The notes beneath the pieces were generated by a model. It searched no databases, had not been told where the DNA came from, and was given only the letters and a program-made list of their open reading frames with translations. Below, piece after piece: positions 47,411 to 47,688 of a stretch of 47,688 nucleotides of DNA. Made by a program: the position numbers and the translations under genes. The number at the start of each line of letters is the position of its first letter. Position 1 is the stretch's first letter. This DNA is from Minisyncoccia bacterium (GTDB lineage: Bacteria; Patescibacteriota; Minisyncoccia; SW-4-49-11): NCBI GenBank assembly GCA_044341565.1, contig JBIIRM010000008.1, forward strand, positions 1-47,688, written 5' to 3'.

Positions 47411-47512
47411 AGGAGTTATTTAGATTCAAACTTCATTTTTAATTGGACTAAATAAATTTTAGTTGGTATTCTATTTATTAGGTGGTATATCAGTTAATCT
47501 AAAAATAATTTT

Positions 47513-47688
47513 ATGTTGAATATATTGTTTTTAATATTACCATTGGCGATAGTAGATAGCTTAAATCCCTTTACTATTGCAACACATGTTTTTTTATTAA
47601 CCACAAAGAATCCTTTGCCAAAGGCAATTTTTCATATTATTGGTATCTATTTAATGTATTTGATAGGTGGTATTTTAATATTTTTAGG
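47513..47688 (+). CDS. 5' end of a membrane protein gene (partial, runs off the window)
   Basis: The ATG at 47513 opens a frame that is still open at the window end (MLNILFLILPLAIVDSLNPFTIATHVFLLTTKNPLPKAIFHIIGIYLMYLIGGILIFL). It is hydrophobic and AT-rich like the host genes. Confidence 0.3.
   Translation, partial: MLNILFLILPLAIVDSLNPFTIATHVFLLTTKNPLPKAIFHIIGIYLMYLIGGILIFL

Noticed and set aside
1-47688. Alternative genetic code (UGA recoding, as in some reduced lineages)
   Set aside because: Several well-supported genes, for example the SBP gene at 31406-31408, terminate at TGA at the position expected from homolog lengths. The long ORFs contain no in-frame TGA.

Overview
This is a 47.7 kb AT-rich window (roughly 35% GC by eye) with densely packed, often overlapping genes. 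It uses the standard bacterial genetic code, since TGA is used as a stop codon. Most of it is housekeeping backbone. Recognised genes, in order, are ftsK, eno, recJ, RNase P RNA, a polyprenyl-phosphate sugar transferase, fmt, def, a priA-like gene, greA, metG, gatB, gyrA, rpsL, rpsG, fusA, rarA and tRNA-Ser(GGA). The reduced gene set, the giant low-complexity proteins and the type IV-pilin-like and VirB2/TrbC-like genes are consistent with a reduced-genome, possibly episymbiotic bacterium of the CPR/Patescibacteria type. That placement is an inference from content, not a database result. Three things stand out beyond the backbone. First, a family of GC-rich, hairpin-dense intergenic repeat elements is present in four modularly shuffled copies. 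One copy sits immediately downstream of tRNA-Ser and carries a near-perfect duplicate of the tRNA 3' end, which looks like an integration footprint. Second, a tandem array of six VirB2/TrbC-like two-helix pilin paralogs spans 31.4 to 36.6 kb. The first paralog is fused to Cys-rich modules and to a C-terminal lytic-transglycosylase-like (VirB1-like) domain. Third, a 691-aa type-IV-prepilin-leader protein carries FN3 and two LamG/ConA-like lectin domains. Smaller oddities are tandem pseudo-receiver domains lacking the phospho-acceptor Asp, a PriA homolog with degenerate Walker A and DExH motifs, a GC-elevated two-gene island at 36.6 to 38.5 kb, and a perfect 39-bp in-frame tandem duplication inside a pilin gene. 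No CRISPR array, transposase or integrase gene was recognised.
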